DNA from: Heterodontus francisci
Taxonomy: Eukaryota
DNA length: 64,000 nucleotides
Assembly: GCF_036365525.1 (NCBI RefSeq)
Contig: NC_090411.1
Location: 21,467,259 to 21,531,258 of the forward strand
Reading direction: 5' to 3'
The translations under genes were made by a program, and so were the position numbers. The notes beneath the pieces were generated by a model that was not told the origin of the DNA, searched no databases, and saw only the letters and a list, made by a program, of their open reading frames with translations. Each line of letters starts with the position of its first letter. Position 1 is the stretch's first letter. Positions 24,682 to 38,700 of this stretch are shown piece by piece.

Positions 24682-25044
24682 GGGCGGCACAGTGGCGCAG
24701 TGGTTAGCACTGCAGCCTCACAGCTGCAGGGACCCGGGTTCGATTCTGGGTACTGCCTGTGTGGAGTTTGCAAGTTCTCCCTGTGTCTGCGTGGGTTTTC
24801 TCCGGGTGCTCCGGTTTCCTCCCACAAGCCAAAAGACTTGCAGGTTGGTAGGTAAATTGGCCATTATAAATTGTCACTAGTATAGGTAGGTGGTAGGGAA
24901 ATATAGGGACAGGTGGGGATGTTTGGTAGGAATATGGGATTAGTGTAGGATTAGTATAAATGGGTGGTTGATGGTCGGCACAGACTCGGTGGGCCGAAGG
25001 GCCTGTTTCAGTGCTGTATCTCTAATCTAATCTAATCTAATCTA
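24682..25044 (+). mobile_element. HE1-type V-SINE, near full length
   Basis: A-box TGGCGCAGTGG, B-box GGTTCGATTC, V-domain (GCGTGGGTTTTCTCCGGGTGCTCCGGTTTCCTCCCACA), CR1-like tail, (TCTAA)n. Confidence 0.9.
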
Positions 25045-26709
25045 TATTAATGACTGAATAGAGTATTGCATATCCAAGTTTTTAGATGGAGGTGCAGTAA
25101 GTTACAAAGGGATATAGAGATAAGGTGAGTGGGAAAAACTGTTGGATGGAATTTAATATGAAGCAGTTGGTTATCTACTAAGGTTTTGGGACAAAAGGTA
25201 TAGGAGGAATGTGAGGTGAACTTTTTTTTTAACACCGAGTGGTAATGGCCTGGAACTTGGTGGAAATGGAGCTGATCAATGATTTCAAAAGGAAATTGGA
25301 TGGGCACTTGGCATGGACTTGGCCAAATGGCTATTATGGTTGTGCTGTTATAACTCTGACTCTTATCTACTTGTATCTGGGAAAGACAAATCAGAATTTT
25401 TTTTTCATGTTGCGAGACTAGGGGCTTTGGAGGAGCAAATGCATTTAGTTATCCATATACATATATCACTAAAAATGAATTCACAGGTACAAAAATAAAT
25501 CAAAATGGGTTAATGGAATGTTTGCCTTTATCTGAATGGGATGGGAATGTGAAAGTGAGGAAGGTGATGTATCATTTGTACAGAGCCTTGATCAGACCCC
25601 ATCTGAAGAACTGCTTTGAGTTTGGGCATCACACCTTAGGGCAGGGGAGGAATATATTGTGCCAATTCACCAGTGATATTAGGACTTGAAGGTTAAATTA
25701 TGAGGATAGTTTATGTAAACCTACCTTGTATTCCCTTGAGTTTAAATGTTTGTGGTGTGATCTAATCAAGGTCAATTCTCAATGATGTGTTTTTTTTTCT
25801 GTATTTCCTTTTTAACTGGCTTAGCTGAAAGATTATATCCTCTTGTTCTAGATTCACTGACTAGCAGTCACTTTGTTTCCTATATATGCTCTCAATCCTG
25901 TTTATTTTCACAGTTTAAGAACTGTGAATCTCTACCATCTTCCAGTTCTAATCAAAGGGCAATGACCTGAAGCATTAACTGCTCTCTGCACAGTTGCTGC
26001 CTGATCTGAGTGTTTCCAGCCATTCCTGGTTTTATTTATTTTAATACTTCAATTTGATCACCCCATCTGCTTCCAGGAAATAACTATCCAAGCGTTCCCA
26101 GTCTCATAATTAAGTGACTCCATCCCCAGTATCACCCTGATGAATCATTAGTGGATCTTCATGACCAAGAAAGCGATCTTTCCTAATGTGGGGCACTCCG
26201 AACTGAACTCAACACTCTCAATGTGGTTTGAATAGCACTCTGTACAATGATAGAATGCTCTCTTGATTTTACATTCTAAACTATGTGTGATGAAGCCCTG
26301 TATCATATTTATTTTAGCCGCCTTTTGGTTTCTTTTAACACTTGTAAAGTAGCTTTTTGATGACTCGTCTAACAGGATCCACACAAAAACCCACTGTAGG
26401 TCTCCATTAGATTATAGTCACATCTGCCATTTTATGCTTATGAAATGTGCTACGTTATGTTGAACAGCATCTGGCATAATTCTACTGTTTATCTGTGTCC
26501 CTTTTGCAGGTTTTTGGTAATTTGCTTATGAACTGTGTTTACTAGTGTAAAATGTATTTGGCTACAAAGCCTTATTCCATAAATCAGAGTTCAAAATCTG
26601 TGGCATTGCTTAGGAGCCAGGGGGAACAGCCAATATCAAACATTTTTAAGAGGTGCACTCTTGTTGCAATTTTGTGTTTTTTGTGGAACTTTTTCCTGTT
26701 TTTTAAAAA

Positions 26710-27640
26710 ATTGTGCATGGGATGTGAGCATCGCTAGCAAGGCCAACATTTATTGTCCATCCCTAGCTACCCTTGAAGAAGGTTGTGGTGAGCCGCCGCC
26801 TTGAACTGCTGCAGTCTGTGATGTAGGATACACGCATAGTGCTGTAACAGGGAGTTCCAAGATTTTGACCCAACGACAGCGAAGGAACAACCATTATAGT
26901 TACAAGTCAGGATGTGAGACTTGGAGGGGAACTTGCAGGTGGTGTTCCTGTGCGTGTGCTGCCCTTGGTCTTCGAGGTGGCACAGGTGGGAGGTTTGGAA
27001 GATGCTGTCGAAAGAGCCTTGGCGAGTTGCTGAAGTGCATCTTGCAGACACCACACACTAGTGCCACTGTGCGCCGGTGGTGGAGGGAGTGAATGTATAA
27101 GCTGGTGGAAGGAGTGCCGATCAGATGGGCTCCTTTGTCCTGGATGGTTTTGAGCTTCTTGGGTGTTGGAGCCACACTCATCCAGGCAAGTGGAGAGTAT
27201 TCCATCACACTCCTGACTTGTGTCCTTTATAGATGGTGGAAAGGTTTTGGGGATTCTTTTAGCCACAGTATTTATGTGGCTGAGCCAGTTAAGTTTCTGG
27301 TCAATGGTAACCCCAAGGATGTTGGTGGTGGGGGATTCAGCGATGGTAATGTTAAGGAGCAATGGTTAATTCTCTCTCTTATTGGAGATGGTTATTACCT
27401 GGCACTGTGTGGCACAGATGTTACTTGGCACTTATCAGCCCAAACCTGAATGTTGTCCAGGTCTTGCTGCAGGTGGGTGTGAACTGCTTCAGTTTCTGAC
27501 TAGGTGTGAATGGTATTGAACACTGCAATCATCAGTAAACATTCCCACGTCTGACCTTGTGATTTAGGGAAGGCTATTGAAATACTTGAAGATGGTTGGG
27601 AGTAGGATGCTACCCTGAGGAACTCCTGCAGCGATGGAAT
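26710..27640 (-). mobile_element. CR1-group (Crack/L2-like) LINE 3' fragment
   Basis: ILGVTIDQKLNWLSHIN, MEYSPLAW motifs. Confidence 0.8.
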
Positions 27641-28394
27641 TTATCCCTCTGATCTGGAAACTGACCTTACTGGAGATGCATACCCTAAAGGATTTACAAT
27701 GATCCTACTTACAGTAATCTGCTTACTGGTTTTAATGTGGTCTTGCACAATGCTATTCAATACTGGATAGTAAAGACTAGTAGCTTCCAGTCGAAGTCGA
27801 GCAATTAGTGTATTACAGTTAAGTTGTGATATGAATTACAAACCTTCAGCAAATATATACAAATTCTTCTGTTTAAAAAAAAATCTTGGATATAATAGGA
27901 AGTCTTTTGCTTTCAAAAGATAAAGTTCAGATTAATGACATGGTAAATTCAAATGGTTTTATAATTTTAGAAAGCATTCTGTAATGTTATGCATTGTAGC
28001 ATAACTGGCTATATGTCAGAAAGCATCGGTCAAGCTAGGCAAGCATGGAGTTATCTGGTGTAAACACGGACCAAAGTTTTAGAAAGAAACGTTGAACTAA
28101 TATAAACTCCTGGTTGAAGTCATCCATTGTGAGACATTTCAATTTGTTGCCTTTCCCAACTCAGTCAAATGTTCAAAGACTGCTTGCATATTTATATTGC
28201 AAATAGTAAAACAAGGAGCTGTTAATTAATTTGATCTCAGTGGGAATCCTTCAGTTGACTTGAGAGGGGGAGAAATAGTCAGCCATGGTTTCCGTTCCCA
28301 ATCACCAACTCGTGCGCAGACAGATTCATCTGCAGCTGTGATTTTCTCACTGTTTCTCAAGCATGTGAAAAACGATGACCAGGTAAGATATTGA

Positions 28395-28524
28395 AATAAA
28401 AGCAAAATACTGCCGATGCTGGAAATCTGAAATAAAAACAAAGTGCTGGTAATACTGAGGTCTGGCAGCATCTGTGGAGAGAGGAAGAGTTAACGTTTCA
28501 AGTCTGTGACCTTTCATTAGAATT
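28395..28524 (-). mobile_element. Penelope-like terminus with degenerate hammerhead core
   Basis: Same sequence family as 21858-21954 and 38198-38302. Confidence 0.75.
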
Positions 28525-28569
28525 GATCAAAGACTAAGATATTGAAAGGTGGGCAATGCCCATGAAGCA

Positions 28570-31500
28570 TTGTAACAGGGGTAGGCCATTTAATGAGACT
28601 AAGGCTGATCTGCGACCTAAATCTATATACTAACGCTTCCCCATATCCCTTAATACCTTTGGCTAACTATAAAACTATCTAGCATCAGTTGTCATTTGCA
28701 GAAGAGTTCCAAGCTTTTAACACCCTTTCTGCTTGGAAGTGTTTCCTAATTTCACTCCTGAAAGTTCTGGTTCTAATTTGTAGATAATGCTCCCCAACCA
28801 GTGGAAATAGTTTGTCTCTACCTACCCTGTCTGTTCACCTTTCAATATCTTGAAAACTTTGATCGAATCAGCCTCAACCTTCTAAATTCCAGGGGATACA
28901 ACTCTAGTTTGTATAATCTCTCCTTGTAATTTAACCCTTGGAGTCCAGGTATCATTCTGGTAAACCTATGCTGCACTCCTTCCAAAGCCATTATATCCTT
29001 CCAAAGGTGTAGTGCCCAGAACTGCAGGTGTGGTCTAACCAGAGCTTTGTATAGCTGAAATGTGAATACTACCCCCTTGTACTCTAGGTATAAAGGCCAA
29101 CATTCCATTAACCTTTTTTGAGTATTTTCTGTACCTATTCATATTTTAATCTATGATCAGAAGCCCCAAGTCTCTTTGGACCTCCCACTGTTCCTAGATT
29201 TTCACCATTTATAAAGTACCCTGTTCTATCCTTTTTAGGTCCAAAGTGGATGCCCTTACACCATTTGCCATCTACATTGCGTACAATCCTACCTATCTTT
29301 ATCATTGGACAGAAAACCATGTATCCAAATTTGCCAATCATCTGTTATTACTAAGTACGGTGAATAGTTGAGGCCCCAACGCAGATTGTGAGACACCGCT
29401 ACTTCCCTCCTCTCAATTACCTTCCCGTTATGCCGCTCAGCCAATTTCCTAACCAGGTGAATAATTTGCCTTCAGCTCCATGGGCTTCAACTTTATCTAA
29501 CAGTCTGTTATGATGGACTTTAGATGGACTTCCAGATGGCATTTTATAAATAATGCTCAAAGGCACTCTCCTATCCACTATAGTCACCTCTTCAAAAAAA
29601 CTCAGTCAGTTTGGCCAGGCTTTACAAATCCATGCTGGTGCTTTCTGATCAGCGGAAAATTTTCCAAGGTGTTCAGTCACCCTATTTCTAATTTTTTTTT
29701 TCCATTCGTGGGATGTGGGTGTCGCTGGCTAGGCCAGCATTTATTGCCCATCCCTAATTGTCCTTGAGAAGGTGATGGTGAGCTGCCTTCTTGAACCGCT
29801 GCAGTCCATGTGAGGTAGATACACCCACAGTGCTGTTAGAAAGGGAGTTCCAGGATATTGACTCAGCGACAGTGAAGGAATGGCGATATAGTTCCAAGTC
29901 AGCATGGTGTGCGACTTGGAGGGGAACTTGCAGGTGGTGGTGTTCCCATGCATTTGCTACCCTTTTCCTTCTAGTTGGTAGAAGTCGTGGGTTTGGAAGG
30001 TGCTGTCTAAGGAGCCTTGGTGTATTGCTGCAGTGCATCTTGTAGATGGTATACATTGCTGCCACTGCATCAGTGGTGGAGGGAGTGAATGTTTGTAGAT
30101 GGTGTCAATCAAGTGGTCTCTTTGTCCTCGATGGTGTCGAGCTTCTTTAGTATTGTTGGAGCTGCACCCGTCCAGGCAAGTGGAGAGTATTCCTACTCCT
30201 GACTTGCACCTTGTAGATGGTGGGCAGGCTTTGGGGAGTCAGGAGGTTAGTTACATGCCTCAGGATTCCTAGCCTCTGACTTGCTCTTGTAGCCATGGTA
30301 TTTATATGGCTACTCCAGTTCAGTTTCTGATCAGTAGTAACCCCTAGGATGCTGATAGTGGGGGATTCAGCGATGGTAATGCCATTGAATGTCAAGGGGA
30401 GATGGTCATTGCCTGGCACTTAAGTAGCAAGTAACATTCGCGCCACACATCAGCCCAAGCCTGGATATTGTCCAGGTCTTGCTGCATTTCTACACTGACT
30501 GCTTCAGTATCTGAGGAGTCGCGAATGGTGCTAAACATTGTGTAATCATCAGCGAACATCCCCACTTCTGACCTCATGATTTGAAGGAAGGTCATTGATG
30601 AAGCAGCTGTAGATGGATGGGCCTAGGACACTACCCTGAGGAACTACTGCAGTGATGTCCTGGAGCTGAGATGATTGACCTCTAACAACCACAACCATCT
30701 TCCTTTGCGCTAGGTATGACTCCAACCAGCGGAGAGTTTTTCCCCTGATTCCCATTGACTGTACTAATTTCCAGATGACAGAAGTTGGGCTAACTGTTCT
30801 ATAATTCCCTGGTTTTCTTCTCACCTTTCTTAAATAGTAGAGTGACTTGCACAATTTTCCAATCTAAAGGGATGATTACTGATTCAAGAGAACTTTGCAG
30901 ATGTCCTAATGTTCCCGCCTACTTCCTTTAAAACCCTGGGATGGAAACTATCCGCTTCTGGTGATCTGTCACTCTACAGTGCCAATATTTTCTTAATTAC
31001 TGTTTTGCTTAGGTTAATTTTGGTGAGTCCCTGTGCCTGATTAAATATTAGTTGCCTTGGAATTTTCAGCACGCTGACTTCCTCTACAGTAAGTACTGAC
31101 GCAAAGTAACTGTTCAACGTGTCTTCAACATTTCCTTATTTTTATTGACTCTATTGCTGTTTTCTAGGGCTCTCATTACTCCTAATCACCTTTTTTTCCT
31201 AATTATTAAAAAAAAGTTGTTTTAATATCCCTTGCAAGTTTCTTATGCTCCCTTTTGTAGCTCTTACTATGTTTTGTCACCTTTCCTGTTCTTCGTCTTT
31301 CCCATTTGCCAGGAATTGCGCTTTTCTTTTGCATTTTTGTATGTTTTTTAGTTTTATGATGTCTCTTGCCTCTTTAGTAATTTTTGGCAAGAAGAGATCT
31401 TGCCCCTTTTAGGGGTATACTCTGGTTCTGGATCACATTTAAATTCTTTTTTGAACAGCTCCTGCTGTTCTGTCATTTTACCTATTAAATTTCGCAGTTT

Positions 31501-32190
31501 ACTGTGGACCATGTCTATCTGATCTAGTCAGTCTTGCCTAAATCTAGAATCTTGGTAGCTGATTTACGTTTCTCCCTTTTCAAATGCTACCTTGATCTTA
31601 TTGCTATTCGATAAATGTTCATGCACTGTCTGGCTGTGACGAAATCTGGCTCATTATTCAGTAGTAAATCTAATATGGCCTGTCCCTCTTGGTTCTAGGA
31701 CATATTGTTGCAGAAAGCTATCCTGGATATACTCAAGAAATTTGCTAACTTACTGACGTGCTAGTCGTCTTATCACAATCTATATTAAAGTTAAGTTTTC
31801 CCCCATTAAGACCACTCCTCTTTGCTACATGATTGTCTAATCTCTGCATTTATACAATTTATCACTTCAAACCTGCTATCAGGGCTACACAAAACTCCTG
31901 GTACAGTCTTAAATCCATTTCTATTAATTCTACCCATAAAGTCTCCCTTGCCTACTTAATTTCTTGTTATATCCTCTCATCATTGAAGTGATTTCATCCT
32001 TAATCATTTAAAGGCTACTCCTCCCATCTACTATTTTCTCTATCTTTCCTGTACACCTTTATAACCTGCATTAGGGTTGGGGTTATATTTAGTTCCCAGT
32101 ACTGACCATCTTGCAACCATGTCTCAATAGTGGCTATGGTGTCATACCCTTCAAGTTGAATTTGCACCTGAAATTCGTTCAGTTTGTTAT
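28570..32190 (-). mobile_element. Old CR1 LINE with a nested CR1-group LINE (about 29690-30760)
   Basis: Host motifs LYKALVRPHL and KPGNYR; insert motifs VPQGSVLGPSIYSCFINDL and GMFADD. Confidence 0.75.
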
Positions 32191-32197
32191 ATACTCT

Positions 32198-32545
32198 TAT
32201 TTTATTTTATTTATTTTGAGATACAGCACTGAAACAGGCCCTTTGGCCCACTGAGTCTGTGCTGACCATCAACCACCCACTTATGCTAATCCTACATTAA
32301 TCCCATTACCCTCTCACATTCTCACCTTCCCTCAATTCCCCTACCACCTACCTATACTAGGGGCAATTTGTAATGGCCAATTTACCTATCAACCTGAAGG
32401 TCTTTGGCTGTGGGAGGAAACGGGAGCACCCGGCGAAAACCCACGCATTCACAAGGAGAACTTGCAAACTCCGCACAGGCAGTACCCAGAATCAAACCCA
32501 GGTCGCTGGAGCTGTGAGGCTGCGGTGCTAACCACTGTGCCGCCC
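32198..32545 (-). mobile_element. HE1-type V-SINE
   Basis: Reverse-complement homolog of 24682-25044 with a (TAAAA)n tail. Confidence 0.85.
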
Positions 32546-32679
32546 ACTGTTATATATAACAGTGCTTATTTGGGCCACTCGCCCTAACCTGTCCTTCTGC
32601 TCTAATGCTTGTTTCTCCTGGATGGATCTGACTCCAGTACGAATCAGCCTTTCAGGAGAGGGAGGAATGGAGAAAAAGA

Positions 32680-33060
32680 CTTACCAAAGAGCGCCTTACA
32701 CAACCTCAGGATCCCCCAAAGCAGTTTTACAGCCAATGAAGTACTTTGAAGTTCAGAAAACATGGCAGCCAATTTCCACACAACAATGAAATAAATAAGC
32801 AGATAATCTAGTTTGTGTTGGTTGAGGGATAAATGTTGGTCAGGACACTATTCCTCAAACAGTTCTCTTGCATCCAGCTGAAAAGACAGATGGGGCCTTG
32901 GTTTTAAGTCTCATTTGAAGGACGGCACCTCTGACAGTGCAGCATTCCCTCAGTACTGCTCTGGAGGGTCATTTTCTATTTTTGTGGTCAAGTGTCTAAA
33001 GTGGGACTTGAACCCACACCTTTTGACTTGGGTGAGACGGCTACCGCTGAACAAAAGGTT
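32680..33060 (-). mobile_element. Deu-domain SINE
   Basis: Homologous to 6598-7025. Confidence 0.7.
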
Positions 33061-34800
33061 GACAGGAGTAATTGTAAATAACAGGGGCTATGGAGGAGAA
33101 GTTTGTGGAAGAAATTTGTAATGCAGGAAAGCCAAGTAATCAGATTAGTAAAACGTAGACTGGAAAGTTTGGGTGTGGAGTGGGGGTGAGATGGAATAAT
33201 CTTTGATATAACAACATCCAATAACTTGTGTATATATGTGGAGCAATAATGTTTCACGTAGATAAAGTGGAAAAGGGATTGGTGCTGTAACTGCAGCACA
33301 TTGCCTGCAAAATTGAACTTGCTCAGGTCTAATGGGAAATACTCCGATTCTCTCCCAAGTCTGCTTGGAGCTGAGTCTTTTCATGCTGGAGGTCAACAAG
33401 GTCACTTTTTTTTTTTAAATAAATTATTTTCTGTCTTGTAACAAATGTGGGAACTAGTCCCAAAAATTCACCTTTTTCAGAATATCCAACTGCTGGTAGA
33501 TGGTATTACTGTGTTGGCTGTATGTCTAATTTAGATTGGTAGTCTTGTATTTCTCTTTTTTTTTTCTTTTAAATTGATAATTACCAGCAAGAAAAGTGAC
33601 TACTTCTAGAATTTTCAAATTCATTGTCTTCTCTTGTGCCTTTCTCTCTTCCCTTCCTTCCTCTTTTTCCCTACCCTCATCCACACGCACAGTTGCTGTG
33701 GCTGATGCAATCTTTTGTATTTCTGAATTTGAAATCAAAATTTCATCATTGGTGCATTAGCCAGGGTAAGAAAGGGAGCTGTATATGATGGTAGTAATGC
33801 CAGCCGTAGAGAGATTCTACATTTTCCAAATGTGAAATTATTTCCATATAGAAGCTTAAAAATAATGTATTACCATTTTAAAGAAAAAAATCTGGATACA
33901 TTTATCCAGTTGATGGGTTCAAAGCAAATAATGATTCAGCGTATCAGTTTTTCTCTGAACAATGATTCCTGTTTATTGCACAATATTTCATGTTTATGTT
34001 GTCAATAATCTCATGTGGAATTTGGTATTGCTTTTCAGATTTGTGGCAATCATGGGAGGCCTAAGGAGGGTGTCTCCTGAATAGGAATTTAGGCCACTTG
34101 TTTAAATATATATGCCTGTGGAGCCAAGCAAGGGTATAATTGAACCAAGTTTTTCAGATATTAGTTGGCTAAAATATACCCCAATTTATTTCCAGTCGTC
34201 TCCCGCTCTTTCCATGACACCCTGTTTGTAGAGTTGTCATTCCATGACTACCAGCAGCTCTGATACCTTGCTGATGTAACCAGCTTTCATCAGTGGGCCT
34301 CTAGAAGCTTTTTGACAGTGAAAGCTATCAAAGCTGAGCCTGATGCGGTGTACACACCCTTTCCAACACTGGCCACTCATGAGCGGGTACCATGCTGACT
34401 TTCTTTTCCCCGCCCCCCCAACCACTGTTGCCATTCTAGGTGGGGATGCTGAGGCCAACAGTAGCTCTTCTACTGCTGTTCTCTGTGAGCATTTAACTTA
34501 GCATCCATTAGGCTGCTGGGGAAGAAAACCAAATGCATGTCTATGCACTGAGGCAGGTCCTTCTTGGAGTAACGTTACCTGGTACTGTGCAGTCACAGAG
34601 CAAAATTCATCTTGTATTTCGCACAAGGCGCGCCTTCCAGTGCATATCCCCAATGTATTATTGACAGGCCATGTCTGGTTGGAAAGGGTGGATAGGCCAG
34701 TTAAGTTTGAGGAAGAAAAGTAAATCTCTTATTTACATGTAATATTTGTTGAGTCCTTTCAGTCCGGTGTATGTTTGTTCATTCTTCTCCTCTTTTACAG

Positions 34801-34909
34801 CTTTTTAAAAGAGTGCAAAGATGTGGAGCTTTCATTCAGTGATATGGCTGCTAAGTCTGATTTCTTTAAGGGAACCAAGAAGGGCACATTGTATTTGACC
34901 CCATACAGG
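34801..34909 (+). CDS. WBP2NL: WBP2NL-like exon 2 ([36 protein letters not shown])
   Basis: ttttacag acceptor and gtaag donor; in frame with exon 1; GRAM-like motif [10 protein letters not shown]. Confidence 0.95.
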
Positions 34910-36333
34910 GTAAGGTCCTTTTCACAGTTATAGCCTGTAGTACAGTGCTCATAAATAACTGGTTTTGCTTTACAGCCAATGCCGGTGGTGTAGTTACCAC
35001 CTGTTATTGCTCAGTCAGTTCAGGTATAATGCAATTTAAATGTAATGTAAAGAAAGCTCTTTCTGCTCTGCCTAACGTGCTCTTTAAATATTTTTGTTTA
35101 AAAATGGCTTCTCACCTCCAATTCGGCAAATAAGGCAAAATCTTTCTCTTGTACTAATATTCTCCAAAAGTAGAAGCTTTATTTTTCCTTCCTCAAACAA
35201 TACAAATAGCAAATATATCTCTTAGATGCTAAATGGCAGGCAGCGATTAGAATGGGAAGTTAATGTTAACAACCTAACAGCTTAACTCAGCTGTTAATCT
35301 ATAGGTAATACAATGAGTAGTTGTCTGCCAAGTGTTCTTTTTGTATGTGATGCAAGAACAAAAGGTTTCTCTATCTTCTTTCCCCCCCGCCCCACCAACC
35401 ATGCCCCTGTCCCCAGTGTAAGTGAAATGGCGGCTGGTTATGCCATAGATGATTAGGCTTGAAGCTTTCAAGTGCTTTGAGGTTAGGCCTTGAGTAGTCC
35501 CATAAGCATACAAAAGAGAATAGGAAAAGACCAACTGGTCCACTTAGCCATTCCTATCCAGACATAATGCAATCAATTAGCCTCTTTCACCCTTACCAGT
35601 CATGCAGTCTCCTGGAAGCTGCAGATAAAAAGTGGGCTAATTTCTGGAAATTTAACTTTGGGGAATTTCTTTCCCAATCCCTGAAGGCAATTAAGCAAAC
35701 TCCAGAGATTGCAGCAAAAAAATATAAAAATTATAGCCACCTTTTCACTTACCTTCTATAGCTGTGTTCTTGAACTCCTCCAAATTCCTTTTGACAACCT
35801 TTGGTATCAGTGAATGTGTAAATATTGTCAGTGTTTGAGGTTATGTTCTTGGACTAAAGACCCATGCTGTATAAAGACAGAGAATTTCCCTACCTGTTAT
35901 CAATTCGTCGTGACTAAACTATTGTTCTTCTAGTCTGTTGCATTTTGTTTAAACGGGGACTACTGTGTAACTGAGCAACAATTCAGCTTTGTTGCATTGA
36001 CTTATCCTTGATAAACTACCCTTGGTTAGTTGAGTTAAAATCTGGGGAGACAAAATCATCGACTTGATTCTAATAATTTAATTTCAGTAACTTGTTTAAG
36101 CTAGTACTCTTAATATTTATATGAAGCTAATGGTAATTCCTTGCTACTTATGTTTGATTCAAAAATAAGGGTCTAGATGATCAGTCACAAGTCTTGGCTG
36201 GGTTTCTTAATCTCAGCTGGGGAAGTACAATTGGCCTGTGCCATCTTCAGGCTATGTGTTGGGGATAGAATTCAGATGGAATTCCTGCTCCTATTGCAGT
36301 TCATTGATCTATTCTGGGAAGCACCCATGGAGC

Positions 36334-37940
36334 ATAGAAACCTAGAAAATAGGAGCAGGAATTGGCCTTTCAGCCCTTTGGGCCTGCTCCGCCATTCATT
36401 ATGATCATGGCTGATCATCCAACTCCATAACCTGTTCCCGCTTTCGCCCCATATTCTTTGATCCCTTTAGACCCAAGAGCTATATCTAACTCCTTTTTGA
36501 AAACATACAATGTTTTGGCCTCAACTGCTTTCTGCGGTAGTGAATTCCACAGGCTCACCACTCTCTGGGTGAAGAAATTTCTCCTCATCTCAGTCTTGAA
36601 GGGTTTACCCCGTATTCTTAGACTGTGACCCCTGGTTCTGGACTCCCCCACCATCGGGAACATCCTTCCTGTCGAGCCCTGTTAGAATTTTATAGGTTTC
36701 TATGAGATCCCCCCCACTCTTCTGAACTCCAGCGAATATAATCCTAACTGACTCAGTCTCTCCTTATACGTCAGTCCCACCATCCCAGGAATCAGTCTGG
36801 TAAACCTTCACTGCACTCCCTCTATAGCAAGAACATCCTTCCTCAGATAAGGAGACCAAAACGGCATGCAATATTCCAGGTGTGGCCTCACCAAGGCCCT
36901 GTGTAATTGCAGCAAGACATCCCTGCTCCTGTACGTGAATCCTGTCGCTATGAAGACCAACCTACCATTTGCCTTTTTTACTGCCTGTTGGACCTGCATG
37001 CTTACCTTCAGCGACTGGTGTATGAGAACACCCAGGTCTTGCTGCATATTCCCCTCTCTGTTTATAGCCGTTCAGATAATCTGCCTTCCTGTTTTTGCTA
37101 CCAAAGTGGATAACCTCACATTTGTCCACATTATACTGCATTTGCCCATTCACTCAACCTATCCAAATCACCCTGAAGTCTCTCTGCATCCTCCTCACAA
37201 CTCTCCCTCCCACCCAGTTTTGTGTCATCTGCAAATTTGGAGATATTGCATTTAGTTCCCTCATCTAAATCATTTAATATGTATTGTGAATAGCTGGGGT
37301 CCTAGCACCGATCCCTGCGGTACCCCATTAGTCACTGCCTGCCATTCAGAAAAAGACCCATTTATCCCTACTCTGTTGCCTGTCTGCAAACCAATTTTCT
37401 ATCCATTGCAATACACTACCCTCAATCCCATGCGCTTTAATTTTACACGTTAACCTCTTATGTGGGACTTTGTCGAAAGCCTTCTGAAAGTCCAAATAAA
37501 CCACATCCACTGGCTCCCCCTAATCAACTCTACTAGTTACATCCTCGAAAAATTCTAGTAGATTTGTCAAGCATGATTTCCCTTTCGTAAATCCATGCTG
37601 ACTCTGTCCGATTCTACCACTGTTCTCCAAGTGCTCTGCTATAAAATCTTTGATAACGGACTCTAGGATTTTCCGCTCTACCGACGTCCGGCTGGCTGGT
37701 CTATAATTCCCTGCTTTCTCTCTACCTCCCTTTTTAAATAGTGGGGTTACATCAGCTACCTTTCAATCTGTAGGAACTGTTTGAGTCTATAGAATCTTGA
37801 AAGATGACCACCAATGCATCCACTATTTCTAGGGCCACTTCCTTAAGTACTCTGGGATGCACACCATCAGGCCCTGGGGATTTATCGGCCTTCATTCCCA
37901 TCAATTTCTCCAACACCGTTTCTCTACTAATACTGATTTC
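36334..37940 (-). mobile_element. CR1 LINE RT fragment
   Basis: KSPGPDGVHPRVLKE, RPHLEYC and FTQRVVSLWNSLP motifs; frameshifted. Confidence 0.9.
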
Positions 37941-38197
37941 GACATAAAGGAAGACAGGATCAGGCTCGGCTGTGATGCTCCGCCCTCCACATGTGGTTGA
38001 ATAACTCACCAGTACTTACTGCCTAACCTGCACTTGAGGAATGGGCACTCAGGCAAAGTTCTGGAGAGCTGCCAGCATCCTTGGTATGTACCCAACAAGA
38101 ACCTGTGTCTCCAGGAGAGGAGAGAAAATTGGACTTTTTAAATCTGAGCCTGCTTCTTTTCACTGTGTACATTTGTGTAATGAGAACAAAGCAAAGG

Positions 38198-38700
38198 TGT
38201 AATAAAAACAAGAAATGCTGGAAATACTCAGCAGATCTGGCAGCATCTGTGGAGAGAGAAGCAGAGTTAATGTTTCAGGTCAGTGACCCTTCTTCAAAAC
38301 TAGCAAATATTAGAAATGTGAAAGGTTTTAAGCAAGTAAAGCGGGGGTGGGGCAAGAGATAACGAAGGAGAAGGTGTAGATAGGACAAGGTCACAGACAA
38401 TAACCGACAAGAAGGTCATGGAGCAAAGGCAAATATGTTAATGGTGTGTTGAAAGAGAAAAGCATTAGTACAGGTAGGGTGTTAACGGACTGAAAACTGA
38501 ATAGCCTCAAGTACAAACGTGGAAAAAAAACAGTGGGTCGGAAAACTGAACAAACTAAGATAGAATAAAATAAACACAGAAAAAAAGAAAAAATAACTAA
38601 AAATAAAAGTAAAAATGGGGGGCACATCATGCTCTGAAATTATTGAACCCAATGTTCAGTCCAGCAGGCTGTAGTGTGCCTATCGGTAAATGAGATGGTG
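38198..38700 (-). mobile_element. Penelope-like element 3' end (GIY-YIG tail, 3' UTR, hammerhead-like core, terminus)
   Basis: Reverse complement of about 3385-3650, continuing into TTGAAGAAGGGTCACTGACCTGAAACATTAACT. Confidence 0.85.

Noticed and set aside
24682-24760. tRNA gene
   Set aside because: A/B boxes run into a V-domain and LINE tail, so this is a SINE head; the same applies to the heads near 7000, 12380 and 32500.
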